Shown in pieces: positions 1 through 8,663 of a DNA stretch of 64,000 nucleotides. The stretch's first letter is position 1, and each line of letters starts with the position of its first letter. The DNA lies in contig CAWDDT010000010.1 of assembly GCA_963801165.1 (NCBI GenBank), forward strand, positions 1 to 64,000, read 5' to 3'. Under the pieces are notes generated by a model that saw only the letters and a list, made by a program, of their open reading frames with translations, was not told the origin of the DNA and ran no database searches. Origin of the DNA: an uncultured bacterium. GTDB taxonomy: Bacteria; Actinomycetota; Acidimicrobiia; Spongiisociales; UBA5794. Position numbers and translations under genes: made by a program.

Positions 1-573
1 CGAGGACTTCGCAGCGACGCAACCCACCGAAGACCATGGCTTCGAACATTCCCCGGTCCCGCAGGGTGCATACGCTGCCAACAACAAGTCGACTTCGGCC
101 GGGTCGACGATGCGTGGCAGCGTCCTGGGGGTGCGGATCAACGGGACACCCCGCCCGCCCCGACGCCGAGAACGGCGCGTCGATAGACCCTGTGGCACCG
201 GATTCCGATTGATGTCACCCCGAACCAGCAGATACGAAAACAGCGATGACAAAGACGACAGTCGGCGTTGGATCGTTCTCGAGGACAACCCCGATTCGCC
301 ATCTGTCAGTCGGACCACTTTCGGGTCGCCAGCTGATCGTTGCGCCGTGATAAACGCCAACACATCAGCCGTCGTCACCTCCACCGGATCCTTCTCGATC
401 AGGGTGAAGAAGACTTTGAGATCGAAGCCAGCCGCCAAAACTGTGTTCGGTCGGCACCGGGCAGCCACGAACTCGAGATAGTCATCCACCAGCCGGTGAC
501 CCAACCGGATCAGTGGCCGATCATCAGATGAAACAGAACGAACCAGACGCGGACCAAGACACAGAACATCCAT
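1..573 (-). CDS. Tyrosine recombinase/integrase (RIT-element-like), N-terminal part, runs off the window; apparent 1-nt frameshift near 72
   Basis: Not in the ORF track. Manual translation from ATG 573: MDVLCLGPRL...VDDYLEFVAARCRPNTVLAAGFDLKVFF...LSSRTIQRRLSSLSSLFSYL...PRTLPRIVDPAEVDLLLAA. The box I motif LRDRGMFEAMVFGGLRRCEVL follows in the adjacent frame. Confidence 0.8.
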   Translation of the reverse strand, partial: MDVLCLGPRLVRSVSSDDRPLIRLGHRLVDDYLEFVAARCRPNTVLAAGFDLKVFFTLIEKDPVEVTTADVLAFITAQRSAGDPKVVRLTDGESGLSSRTIQRRLSSLSSLFSYLLVRGDINRNPVPQGLSTRRSRRRGGRGVPLIRTPRTLPRIVDPAEVDLLLAAYAPCGTGECSKPWSSVGCVAAKSS

Positions 574-772
574 TTCCGGCCCCGACGGGACCACCACCCA
601 CCGTCCCACAGCGACCACCCACCGTCCACCAAACAAGGGACGGATTACCCACATATCCTCACCTCTGCGCTCGGTCGATTGGCTACTCAAGGTGATGCCG
701 ACAGGATGGGGCTCCTAGCGGGCTGCCGTTGACTATCCGTATATCCCGACATCGTGCGCTGGATCTGGTGGC

Positions 773-1129
773 TTACAACCACCAGATCCAGGACTCTCCG
801 GTGACAGGTGGGTCGGTGAGGAACTCGCAGAGAGAGGTGATGAGGTTCCCCGGGTAGGCGAGTGTCGCTCGGTTCAATCGCTTGGGGTTGGTGAAGATCA
901 GACCTGAGTGCGGTTTGCGTTGACCGGCCCATTGGGTGGCGAGGGGCATGAAGTCAGCTACGTTCTCGGTGACAAGTGCTCGCTGCTCGGTGGAGGCGTA
1001 GGCGAGGAGTTCCTCATCTGACATGCCACGCAGTTCTGGCTGGGCAGCGACCGCAACGACATCGAAGGCTTCGCCGGTGAGCTGGACAGCAACACTTGGA
1101 GCGTGCATCTCGTCGAGGAGGACTTTCAC
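773..1129 (-). CDS. PIN-like toxin (DUF5615/VapC45-like), copy 1
   Basis: MKVLLDEM...SDEELL..A....RALVTENVADF motif; overlaps the antitoxin stop by 4 nt. Confidence 0.85.
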   Translation of the reverse strand: MKVLLDEMHAPSVAVQLTGEAFDVVAVAAQPELRGMSDEELLAYASTEQRALVTENVADFMPLATQWAGQRKPHSGLIFTNPKRLNRATLAYPGNLITSLCEFLTDPPVTGESWIWWL

Positions 1130-1548
1130 CGCTCCATCAGTTCACGTTGGCGACGCCACGACGCTTCCGCCTCGTCGGCGAGGCGGGCACGCTCGGCGAG
1201 CAGCTCGTCGATCTCGTCGGTGTAGTCGGCGTAGTAGGCCACCGCGGCGTCCACCAGTGACACAGGCACTTCGAGGAGGTCGGCCGTACGGACCCGACGC
1301 TCGGCCACTGGAACATCTCCGCCTACGATCGCCCCGACTACGTCGGCGACCTCAGGTCCGCCGACGAGGACCGGCCGCCTTCCCGAAGGGCCATCTCGAA
1401 ACACAACCATGGGGTGGGCCTCCATGCGGAGGCCCTCGTCGATGAGACGTTGCGCCATTGTGGACACCCCGACGTCGTGTTGATGGGCGCTGGCCTTGAG
1501 CCGCTGGTGGAGCGGCTCGTCTGAGAATCGGATCGAGACAACGGTCAT
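1126..1548 (-). CDS. Antitoxin, RHH-like N-terminus plus DUF433-like domain, copy 1
   Basis: Start taken at ATG 1548 (MTVVSIRFSDE...HPMVVFRDGPSGRRPVLVGGPEV...AAVAYYADY). TACGCT lies 6 nt upstream, suggesting a leaderless transcript. Confidence 0.8.
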   Translation of the reverse strand: MTVVSIRFSDEPLHQRLKASAHQHDVGVSTMAQRLIDEGLRMEAHPMVVFRDGPSGRRPVLVGGPEVADVVGAIVGGDVPVAERRVRTADLLEVPVSLVDAAVAYYADYTDEIDELLAERARLADEAEASWRRQRELMER

Positions 1549-1629
1549 AACTACAGCGTAGTCACATGTCGCCACAATGCATAGAGGGTTCCGAGCGGTG
1601 AAGGTATGCCGGCTCAGATGTTGGGCCCG

Positions 1630-1834
1630 GGGCGCGCTGGGGGCGCGAAAGGATGAAAAACGGCCAAAGACAATGAAAGACGACGAGCACCGACCGATGC
1701 CCGAAATCCTCAATGAATACGGGGCGAATCTCCCGATTCTGCTGCCGCAGTGGGCATCCCGAGAATCGCCGGAAAACCCCCTGGGCCGCCCTCTCAAGGC
1801 GGTAACGGCAGTTCGAATCTGCTCGGGGCTACCA
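1630..1834 (+). repeat. att-like repeat unit A: GGGCGCGCTGGGGGCGCG arm motif, ~150-bp conserved spacer, tRNA-Glu 3' fragment
   Basis: Aligns by eye with 5291-5494, 6720-6850 and 11318-11516. Confidence 0.8.
1785..1834 (+). tRNA. 3' fragment of tRNA-Glu(CTC), att core; not a complete tRNA
   Basis: Anticodon arm CCGCC-ctCTCaa-GGCGG, T arm GGCAG-TTCGAAT-CTGCT, acceptor 3' strand CGGGGCT-A-CCA. No D arm or 5' acceptor strand upstream. Confidence 0.85.
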
Positions 1835-1839
1835 AGCTG

Positions 1840-1864
1840 GAAACCCTTGCGCCGCAAGGGTTTC
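1840..1864 (+). terminator. Hairpin after the tRNA fragment
   Basis: GAAACCCTTGC-gcc-GCAAGGGTTTC perfect inverted repeat. Confidence 0.7.
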
Positions 1865-2023
1865 TGCGCGGTCAGAGGCCGATGCCTGGAGGGTTTCTGC
1901 TCCGCTGGGGGCGCGGTAGATCGGGCTCGGATCACGTTCGAGTACCTCGACCGCGGAACGCCACATCAAAACCGTGGCGAGTGTCTAGGCTCAGGTTCGG
2001 CAAGCCTGGGCCGAAGGAACTAG

Positions 2024-2413
2024 ATGAGTCAGGGACGATTCGAGTCGGCGAAGCAACGGTGGATCTGGGTTGTCGCACCTATTGTCATCGCGGGTGCCGT
2101 CGGTGCCGGATGGTCGTTTAGCTCGAATCATCCGAGTTCAGAGTTCTGTGAGCTCTACGGGGTCCTGACGGACAGTCCAGCGGTTTCCTATGGTGATATC
2201 ACCCTGCTCGTTGGGGAGCCAATCGGAAGGCGCGATCCCTGCAACGGCGACGATCTTTCGCACTACGTCGCCGAGGACCTCGTCGCGGTGGATGGTGTCC
2301 TCTTCGACAATTGCGAAATCTCGTGGGCGGGAGGTGGTCGGAGCACCGCGGCAGCCGAGGGCATCGATTGCCGTCCCGTCACCGCATTACGACCCGCGGC
2401 TTCAGATCCGTGA
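2024..2413 (+). CDS. Hypothetical membrane-anchored protein
   Basis: 129 aa, N-terminal hydrophobic helix, four Cys. Confidence 0.55.
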   Translation: MSQGRFESAKQRWIWVVAPIVIAGAVGAGWSFSSNHPSSEFCELYGVLTDSPAVSYGDITLLVGEPIGRRDPCNGDDLSHYVAEDLVAVDGVLFDNCEISWAGGGRSTAAAEGIDCRPVTALRPAASDP

Positions 2414-2509
2414 TCCGTTTCCTAGCTTGCGTGCCGATGGTCCGGCAGTAGGTGCAAGCTGGCCATGGCTACAAACCTATCGGCCACGGCATTCGGGAGT
2501 CCTGAACTT

Positions 2510-2740
2510 TCAGAGTCCGATGCCGGGAGGGTCCCGTGCCTGTTCGCGACTCTTCGGAGGCGCGTCGGATCGGGATCTTTCGTCGAGATGGAGGGCGATC
2601 TGGTCGTCGAGTCCGTCCAGCAGGTGCCCGTAGCGGTCCAGGGTCACCGCGATCGAGCCAGGCGGCGTGGGTGTGGCGAAAGTCGTGCACCCGACAGGGT
2701 GGTCCAACGGAGTCGGCGACGGCTTTGCGCCACGCGTACC
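2510..2740 (-). pseudogene. Tyrosine integrase C-terminal remnant
   Basis: WRKAVADSVGPPCRVHDFRHTHAAWL (HxxR), then an internal deletion/frameshift to SIAVTLDRYGHLLDGLDDQIA (catalytic Tyr region). Confidence 0.8.
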
Positions 2741-2808
2741 CAAGGACCTCCTAGGAGTCGTCATTCGGCACTGGTTAGGAACGCGGGGACCGACGACGAT
2801 CCGGTGTT

Positions 2809-4047
2809 ATGTACAGCGCCGCCCGCCGGTTCCGCATCTGGCCGATCGTCGCAGTCGCGCTTGCGTTGACCTGGCTCCTGGTGCGCGGAGGGTCAGCCCA
2901 CTGGATCCTCTTGCGAGTGGCGATTGCAGCCCTGGTCGCTGGAGGCGCGGTCAGGGTGCTTCTGGCGAGATCGCGGCCACGGCTGCAGAGCGCAGTTGTT
3001 CTGGCGATGGGGCTTCTGGCGCTCGGGGTCGGCGTTGGTATCGCACCGCCGTGGCTCACCAAGACGAGGCTGAGCGTGACGTCGATCGCTGGAGCCGTCT
3101 TGGTGGTTGGCGGCGTTGTACTCCTGGTACTCGGCTATATCGACGTTGCTTCCCGCCTTCGTCTCTGGGCAAAGGTGCTGAGTGGTTTCGGGCTGGTTCT
3201 GCTCGTCGCCTTCACCGCCCTGACGCTCGCCGTCGCCGTCGCCGCTACCAACGTCCCGCCCACCGAGGTCGGTGAGACCCCGGCCTTGCGCGGCCTCGCC
3301 TACGACGACGTGAAGCTGGTGACGGAGGACGGTTTCGTGCTCACAGCCTGGTATCTGGCGTCCCAGAACGGGGCCGCGGTGGTGCTGCTTCACGGTGCCG
3401 GATCCACTCGATCCTCCGTTTTGGACGAGATGGAGGTGCTGGCCGCCAACGGTTACGGGGTGCTCGCCTTCGACGCCCGGGGTCATGGCGACAGCGAGGG
3501 CAGAGCCATGGATTTCGGTTGGTTGGGTAACCGGGACACATTGCCCGCGATCCAGTGGCTGGCAGATCGCCCAGACGTGGAGAACGACCGCATCGCGCTC
3601 GTCGGAATGTCCATGGGTGGCGAGCAGGCAATCGGGGCGGCCGCATTCGACCGGCGGGTCGATGCTGTGGTGGCCGAGGGGGTGACAGCGCGTACCGCTG
3701 CCGACAAGGCTTGGCTGCCGGATGTCTACGGTGTCCAAGGTTGGGTTCAGCGCCTTGTCGACAAAGTCAGATTCGGCATCACTGATGTCCTCACCGATGC
3801 GGAGCCGCCGATCGGGCTTCGTGACGCCGCGACCCGGATCGCCCCCAGGCACCTGCTGCTGATCACCGCCGGGAACGCCATCGACGAAAGGAACGCTGCC
3901 ACCTACATACAGTCCGGTTCGCCTGGCACGGTCGAGGTGTGGGAGGTTCCGGGCGCGGGACACACTCAAGGACTCGAGGTGGCACCTTTCGAATGGGAGG
4001 AACAAGTGATCGGGTTCCTAGATGAGGTCTTGCTCGTCGGCCAGTGA
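2809..4047 (+). CDS. Membrane-anchored alpha/beta hydrolase
   Basis: Several N-terminal TM helices, LLHG, DARGHGDS, nucleophile GMSMGG, C-terminal GAGH. Confidence 0.85.
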   Translation: MYSAARRFRIWPIVAVALALTWLLVRGGSAHWILLRVAIAALVAGGAVRVLLARSRPRLQSAVVLAMGLLALGVGVGIAPPWLTKTRLSVTSIAGAVLVVGGVVLLVLGYIDVASRLRLWAKVLSGFGLVLLVAFTALTLAVAVAATNVPPTEVGETPALRGLAYDDVKLVTEDGFVLTAWYLASQNGAAVVLLHGAGSTRSSVLDEMEVLAANGYGVLAFDARGHGDSEGRAMDFGWLGNRDTLPAIQWLADRPDVENDRIALVGMSMGGEQAIGAAAFDRRVDAVVAEGVTARTAADKAWLPDVYGVQGWVQRLVDKVRFGITDVLTDAEPPIGLRDAATRIAPRHLLLITAGNAIDERNAATYIQSGSPGTVEVWEVPGAGHTQGLEVAPFEWEEQVIGFLDEVLLVGQ

Positions 4048-4168
4048 GCGCCTCGCTGTGTCTTGGCGTTCTGACATATCGCCAAGCGATCACGTCAGCT
4101 CCCTCCAAGGCCACAATACCGCTCAGAGCACCAGACCGGCACACATCGAGGAGCGGTGCGCGTATCGG

Positions 4169-4372
4169 CTAGTTGCCGGCGAGACCGAGCAATACGACTG
4201 ATGCGCGGCCGAGTCTCACCATGTCCTGGTCGGTAAGGCGGCCGATTCGTTCTCCGAGTTGGGACCGGGGGAGCGTCGTGACTTTGTCGACCATGAGGCT
4301 GCTTGGTTCGCGTAATCCGTTGTGATCGTCGGGCACAGCCGGGAGCCTAATAGCGACGCTTCTGTCGGGTCC
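4169..4372 (-). pseudogene. Truncated MazF/PemK toxin remnant
   Basis: Manual translation DPTEASL/IRLPAVPDDHNGLREPSSLMVDKVTTLPRSQLGERIGRLTDQDMVRLGRASVVLLGLAGN*; N-terminus missing, one frameshift. Confidence 0.75.
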
Positions 4373-4431
4373 CTACATATGGCGCGACAACGCACATATG
4401 GCCGACCGCTCGAGATCGGCCGGCGGCTATG

Positions 4432-4791
4432 TCATAACCACCAGATCCAGGACTCACCGACGATTGGTGGGTCGGTGAGGAACTCCCGGAGAGCAAGGAT
4501 GAGGTTCCCCGGGTAGGCGAGTGTTGCCCGATTGAATCGCCTCCTCGGGTTGGTGAAGACCATACCTGGATGTGTCTTGTGCTCACCGGCCCATTGCGTG
4601 GCGAGCGGCATGAAGTCAGCGACGTTCTCGGTGACGAGTGCTCGTCGCTCTGCGATGGCGTAGGTGAGGAGTCCTTCGTCTGAGATGCCGCGCAGTTCGG
4701 GTAGGGCAGCGACCGCAACGACATCGAAGGATTCGCCGGTGAGCTTGTCGGCAACGCTTGGAGCGTGCATCTCGTCGAGGAGGAGTTTCAC
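4432..4791 (-). CDS. PIN-like toxin (DUF5615/VapC45-like), copy 2
   Basis: Close paralog of 773-1129. Confidence 0.85.
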   Translation of the reverse strand: MKLLLDEMHAPSVADKLTGESFDVVAVAALPELRGISDEGLLTYAIAERRALVTENVADFMPLATQWAGEHKTHPGMVFTNPRRRFNRATLAYPGNLILALREFLTDPPIVGESWIWWL

Positions 4792-5210
4792 CGCTCCAGC
4801 AGTTCACGTTGCCGACGCCACGACGCTTCGGCCTCGTCGGCGAGGTAGGCACGCTCAGCGAGTAGTTCGTCGATCTCGTCGGTGTAGTCGGCGTAGTAGG
4901 CCACCGCAGCGTCGACCAGCGACACCGGCACACCAAGCAGGTCTGCGGCGCGGACCCGACGCTCGGCCACCGGAACATCTCCGCCGACGATCGCTCCGAC
5001 TGCGTCAGCGACTTCCGGGCCGCCGACGAGGACTGGTCGCCGTCCCGAGGGGCCCTCTCGGAACACGACCATGGGGTGGCTCTCCATCCGGAGGCCTTCG
5101 TCGATGAGACGCTGAGCCAGCGTGGACACTCCAACGTCGTGTTGGCGGGCGCTGGCCTTGAGCCGCTGGTGGAGCGGCTCGTCTGAGAATCGAATCGAGA
5201 CAACGGCCAT
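4788..5210 (-). CDS. Antitoxin, DUF433-like, copy 2
   Basis: Start ATG 5210 (MAVVSIRFSDE...); close paralog of 1126-1548 with the same length. Confidence 0.8.
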   Translation of the reverse strand: MAVVSIRFSDEPLHQRLKASARQHDVGVSTLAQRLIDEGLRMESHPMVVFREGPSGRRPVLVGGPEVADAVGAIVGGDVPVAERRVRAADLLGVPVSLVDAAVAYYADYTDEIDELLAERAYLADEAEASWRRQRELLER

Positions 5211-5290
5211 GACTACAGCGTAGTCATATGTCGCCACGATGCATAGAGGGCCCTCAACCGGGAAGAGATGCGAGCTCAGATGCTGATCTC

Positions 5291-5494
5291 GGGGCGCGCT
5301 GGGGGCACGAAAGGACGAAAAGCGACCAAAGGCAATGAAGGACACCTAGCACAAGCGGACGCCCAGAATCCTCAATGAATACGGGAAGAATCGCCCGAAT
5401 CCGTCGCCGCAGTGAGGCTACCGAGAATCGCCCGAATACCCCCTGGGCCGTCCTCTGAAGGCGGTAACGGCAGTTCGAATCTGCTCGGAGCTAC
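5291..5494 (+). repeat. att-like repeat unit B with degenerate tRNA-Glu fragment (5447-5494)
   Basis: GCCGTCCTCTGAAGGCGGTAACGGCAGTTCGAATCTGCTCGGAGCTAC. Confidence 0.8.
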
Positions 5495-5549
5495 GTTGCA
5501 CGGGTGTCTGGGCGTTCAGAGCCCGGTGCCGGGAGGATCCCTTGTGCGC

Positions 5550-5650
5550 TCGGGCGCTCTGGCGGCGCGGGACATCGGGCTCTGGCGTCGAGGTGAACTG
5601 CGATTTGATCGTCGAGTCCGTCCATCAGGTGCCCGTAGCGGTCCCGAGTC
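5550..5650 (-). pseudogene. Second tyrosine integrase C-terminal stub
   Basis: RDRYGHLMDGLDDQIAVHLD, homologous to the stub at 2510-2740. Confidence 0.7.
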
Positions 5651-5738
5651 GAGTAGATCCAGTCGGGAGGCCCGTGCCAGCACGGACGCGTCGATGCCGG
5701 TGGCTGCTTCGTCGAGTCTCGGGGCCTAATGTTCTTTC

Positions 5739-6578
5739 ATGGACTCCTCCGACCCGTACGGTCTCGGTTATCGCGACGTGGACGGTGATCCGCATACGGT
5801 GGTTCTGGTTTCCAACATGGACGCGACGGCCGAGTGGCCAGCGACGCAACGGCTGCGGGCGTGGGAGCGGGAGCATCTCGGGCTAGTCGACGGTGAGCGG
5901 CTTCTCGACGTCGGTTGTGGACTCGGCGACGCTGCAATCGTTCTCGCCAGCGACCTGGGAACGACTGGAGAACTGGTCGGAGTCGATGCGAGTGCTGCCA
6001 TGTTGGATGTCGCCCGTCAACGAAGCCGCGAGGTGCCCTGTGCCGTGCGGTTCTTAGTCGGTGACGCCCGTTCGCTGGAGCAGGCCGACGACTCGTTCGA
6101 CGCCGTCCGCTCGGAGCGCACGCTGCAGTGGGTGCCCGATCCGGAGATCGTCGTTGCGGGCTTCGCACGAGTTCTGCGGTCCGGGGGCCGTCTCTCGCTG
6201 ATCGATACGGACTGGTCCACACTGTGGCTCGACGTCGGTGACCCGGAGATCACGAAGGTGGTTCGAGATGGGCTTCGCGTCGAACGCAATCGCCCATCGA
6301 ACGTCGGGCGACGACTCGCAGAACTCACAGAGGCAGCTGGCCTCGAGGTGACGAAGAAAACGACGGACACCCAAACCTGGACGAGGTGGAACCCGGATGA
6401 GTCACCGGCGCCCGACGGTTGCTTCTCGATGGCAAGCCTTGCCGAAGACCTCGTCGAGACGGGCCAACTCGAGTCCGGCGTCGTGCGCCGATTTGTGGAG
6501 ACGATCCACGAGGCGGCGCGAAGTCAACGATTCGCGATGTCGCTCACGATGCACGCTGTGATCGCAGTCTTGCCGTGA
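5739..6578 (+). CDS. Class I SAM-dependent methyltransferase
   Basis: LLDVGCGLG, VGVDAS, GDA..L...DDSFDAV, RVLRSGGRL. Confidence 0.9.
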   Translation: MDSSDPYGLGYRDVDGDPHTVVLVSNMDATAEWPATQRLRAWEREHLGLVDGERLLDVGCGLGDAAIVLASDLGTTGELVGVDASAAMLDVARQRSREVPCAVRFLVGDARSLEQADDSFDAVRSERTLQWVPDPEIVVAGFARVLRSGGRLSLIDTDWSTLWLDVGDPEITKVVRDGLRVERNRPSNVGRRLAELTEAAGLEVTKKTTDTQTWTRWNPDESPAPDGCFSMASLAEDLVETGQLESGVVRRFVETIHEAARSQRFAMSLTMHAVIAVLP

Positions 6579-6719
6579 GATGAGGAGCCCGCCGTGCAGC
6601 GAGGTCGACGTTGCCGACGGATCAGTGGTCCATGCATGACAGAGTCTGACGCCGAGGGCTGAGGCCGGTCGCGGCCGGCACGACTACGACTCCGGCACAC
6701 TGTCAGAGAAGTGGACAAC

Positions 6720-6850
6720 CGCGAAAGGACGACAAACGACCAAGGACAAGGAAGGACACCGAGCACCGGCCGACGCTCAGAATCTCCAATGCATACGGGG
6801 AGACACGGCCGATTCAGTTGCCGCGGTAGGGCTACCGGAGATCGCCCCGA
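6720..6850 (+). repeat. Partial att-like repeat unit C (no tRNA core)
   Basis: CGCGAAAGGACGACAAACGACCAAGGACAAGGAAGGACACCGAGCAC...AATCTCCAATGCATACGGGG matches the spacer of units A/B. Confidence 0.65.
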
Positions 6851-6894
6851 GAAAGGACGCCGCACACACTCCTGCGCATAGGGCATATGGTTCG

Positions 6895-7518
6895 TCAGCT
6901 ACGGCTACCGGGCTGTTCGAGTACCACCTGTGCGATCGTGTCGCTGATCCATGACTCGATCTCATCGAGAGAAAGGCCATAGTCGTCGGCAAGTACGATC
7001 GACAGTCGGTGGTCGGCGATCGCGGCGATGGTGAGCTTCGCCGCCTCTACATCGAGCCCAGACCGGAGTGCGCCCAGCCGTTCCAGGTGAGCAGCAACCG
7101 CGGCGGAGCCCGCTCGATGCCGCGTCGCCCCATCCTCAGCGACCGGGATCAACCCGGGGTCGTTGTAGTACCCCGCGATGCTGGCCCGCACGATGTCACC
7201 ACAACGCTCCATCAACCGCCGATTGACCTGCGCGGGGATGCGCGCTACTTCAACCGGATCTCTCTCGGTGCCGAGCCTCCCCGATATTTCGGCGATGTTG
7301 GCCTCCTCGTCGACGAGGTCGGCGAGGCTACGCACGAGGTCGGCCTTGCCACCCACACTGTCGTAGAGCGTCTGTACCGACACACCAGCATCGGCGGCGA
7401 TGGCCTTCAAGCTCGTCGCCGCATACCCGTCTCTAGCGAATCGCTTCCGAGCCGTGGCGAGGATGACCCTGCGGGTCTCCTCGGCCTGGATCTGACGCCG
7501 TGTTCTCGGTTCCGGCAT
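6895..7518 (-). CDS. TetR family transcriptional regulator
   Basis: N-terminal HTH: ILATARKRFARDGYAATSLKAIAADAGVSVQTLY; GGAGGAG RBS. Confidence 0.9.
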   Translation of the reverse strand: MPEPRTRRQIQAEETRRVILATARKRFARDGYAATSLKAIAADAGVSVQTLYDSVGGKADLVRSLADLVDEEANIAEISGRLGTERDPVEVARIPAQVNRRLMERCGDIVRASIAGYYNDPGLIPVAEDGATRHRAGSAAVAAHLERLGALRSGLDVEAAKLTIAAIADHRLSIVLADDYGLSLDEIESWISDTIAQVVLEQPGSRS

Positions 7519-7531
7519 TAGCTCCTCCGTG

Positions 7532-7587
7532 TACTCGTGATTCTCTACTCGTGATTCTCTACTCGTGATTCTCTACTCGTGATTCTC
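7532..7587. repeat. Tandem repeat, 4 x 14 bp TACTCGTGATTCTC
   Basis: Four perfect copies in the divergent tetR/membrane-protein intergenic region. Confidence 0.95.
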
Positions 7588-7680
7588 ATTGAGTTCTGTA
7601 CTTGATGTCTATTCAACTGACTTGTATCATCGTCCACTCATACGAACGGTGTTCAAACAGAACGTCGAAAGGAGACCTTA

Positions 7681-8379
7681 ATGCATACCACCGCTTCCTC
7701 ATCCACAGTCGACCGGGCTGTCTCGAATCTGGCGCCCGGCCGGATCGTCGGCGGCATCGGAGGGTTGGCCTTCGCCGCAGTGGTGATCCTCCAGAACCTG
7801 CTCCGGGCGAGCGCACCGGCGGCCGGCGCAGCACCCGGTGACGTGATTTCTTACTACGCCTCACATCGCGGTATCACCGCGGTGCTTGCGGTCACATTTG
7901 CGATCAGTGGCGTCGCGTTGGCTGCATTCGCCGGTGCGATGTACGACCGCCTCGCTCACGGGCGAGTACGAGCTGCCGCCTTTGCCGGTCTCGTCGGAAT
8001 TGCCGGCATCGTCGCCAGCTTCTCACTGGTCGTGGCCACCGACGTTGCGTTGTCGGTCTACGTAGGTACGGGCGGCGCATCGCTCGACACGACGCAGGCG
8101 TTGTGGATCGTCCACAACTCCGTGTTCGCCGTGCTGTTTCTGTCGATCGGGATCGCCGTCGCCGGCCTGTCGGCTGCCGCCTCCGCAGAAGGGCTCCTTG
8201 GCGCTGTATGGCGTCCGATCGGTGCGATCGGCGGCCTCCTACTGGCTGTCGGGGCCGCGGCGGCGCCCGCGATAGCCGATGGCAGCAAGGTCATGCTGGT
8301 GTCGCTCGCCGGCTTTCTGGCGTGGCTGGCATTCGTACTCGCCGCTTCAGTGGCGCTGCTGCGGGAGTCAAAGGGTTGA
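7681..8379 (+). CDS. Multi-pass membrane protein of unknown function
   Basis: About 6 TM helices, AAAGGAG RBS, divergent from TetR. Confidence 0.8.
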   Translation: MHTTASSSTVDRAVSNLAPGRIVGGIGGLAFAAVVILQNLLRASAPAAGAAPGDVISYYASHRGITAVLAVTFAISGVALAAFAGAMYDRLAHGRVRAAAFAGLVGIAGIVASFSLVVATDVALSVYVGTGGASLDTTQALWIVHNSVFAVLFLSIGIAVAGLSAAASAEGLLGAVWRPIGAIGGLLLAVGAAAAPAIADGSKVMLVSLAGFLAWLAFVLAASVALLRESKG

Positions 8380-8663
8380 GGATCTGTCCGGAGACGCCGT
8401 CCTCAACAGGCTGCACTTCGGTACCCATCGGCGCCGAAGCCAAACCGGCGGTCCCCGGCCACTAGCCGACCACGACTGGTGCACATACATGAGCGGCACC
8501 GCCCGAACCGGCGGTGCCGCTCTGCGTTGTGCCCCTGATCCTCGACCACTCTGGCGTCACAGCGCAACATGTTCCGGTCTGCCATGCCAGAAGCGCTCAG
8601 GTTTCTCCATGATCAGGGGCACAAGGCGGCACGGACTCGAGGGCACCGACAGGGCCGGACGGG

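Noticed and set aside
1760-1834. Complete functional tRNA-Glu gene
   Set aside because: No 5' acceptor strand or D arm precedes the anticodon stem. The copies at 5447 and 11471 are further degraded, so these are att-core fragments.
1126-1935. 269-aa and 185-aa long versions of the antitoxin ORFs
   Set aside because: The N-terminal extensions run through the non-coding att/tRNA repeat; the two paralogs agree on starts at 1548 and 5210.
6871-6897. dif/pdif-like Xer site (CCTGCGCATAG...)
   Set aside because: Only a partial XerC-like arm, with no XerD arm at the right spacing.
7532-7587. CRISPR array (also considered for 32230-32338 and the att units)
   Set aside because: The repeats are contiguous with no unique spacers, or far too long and widely spaced; there is no cas operon.
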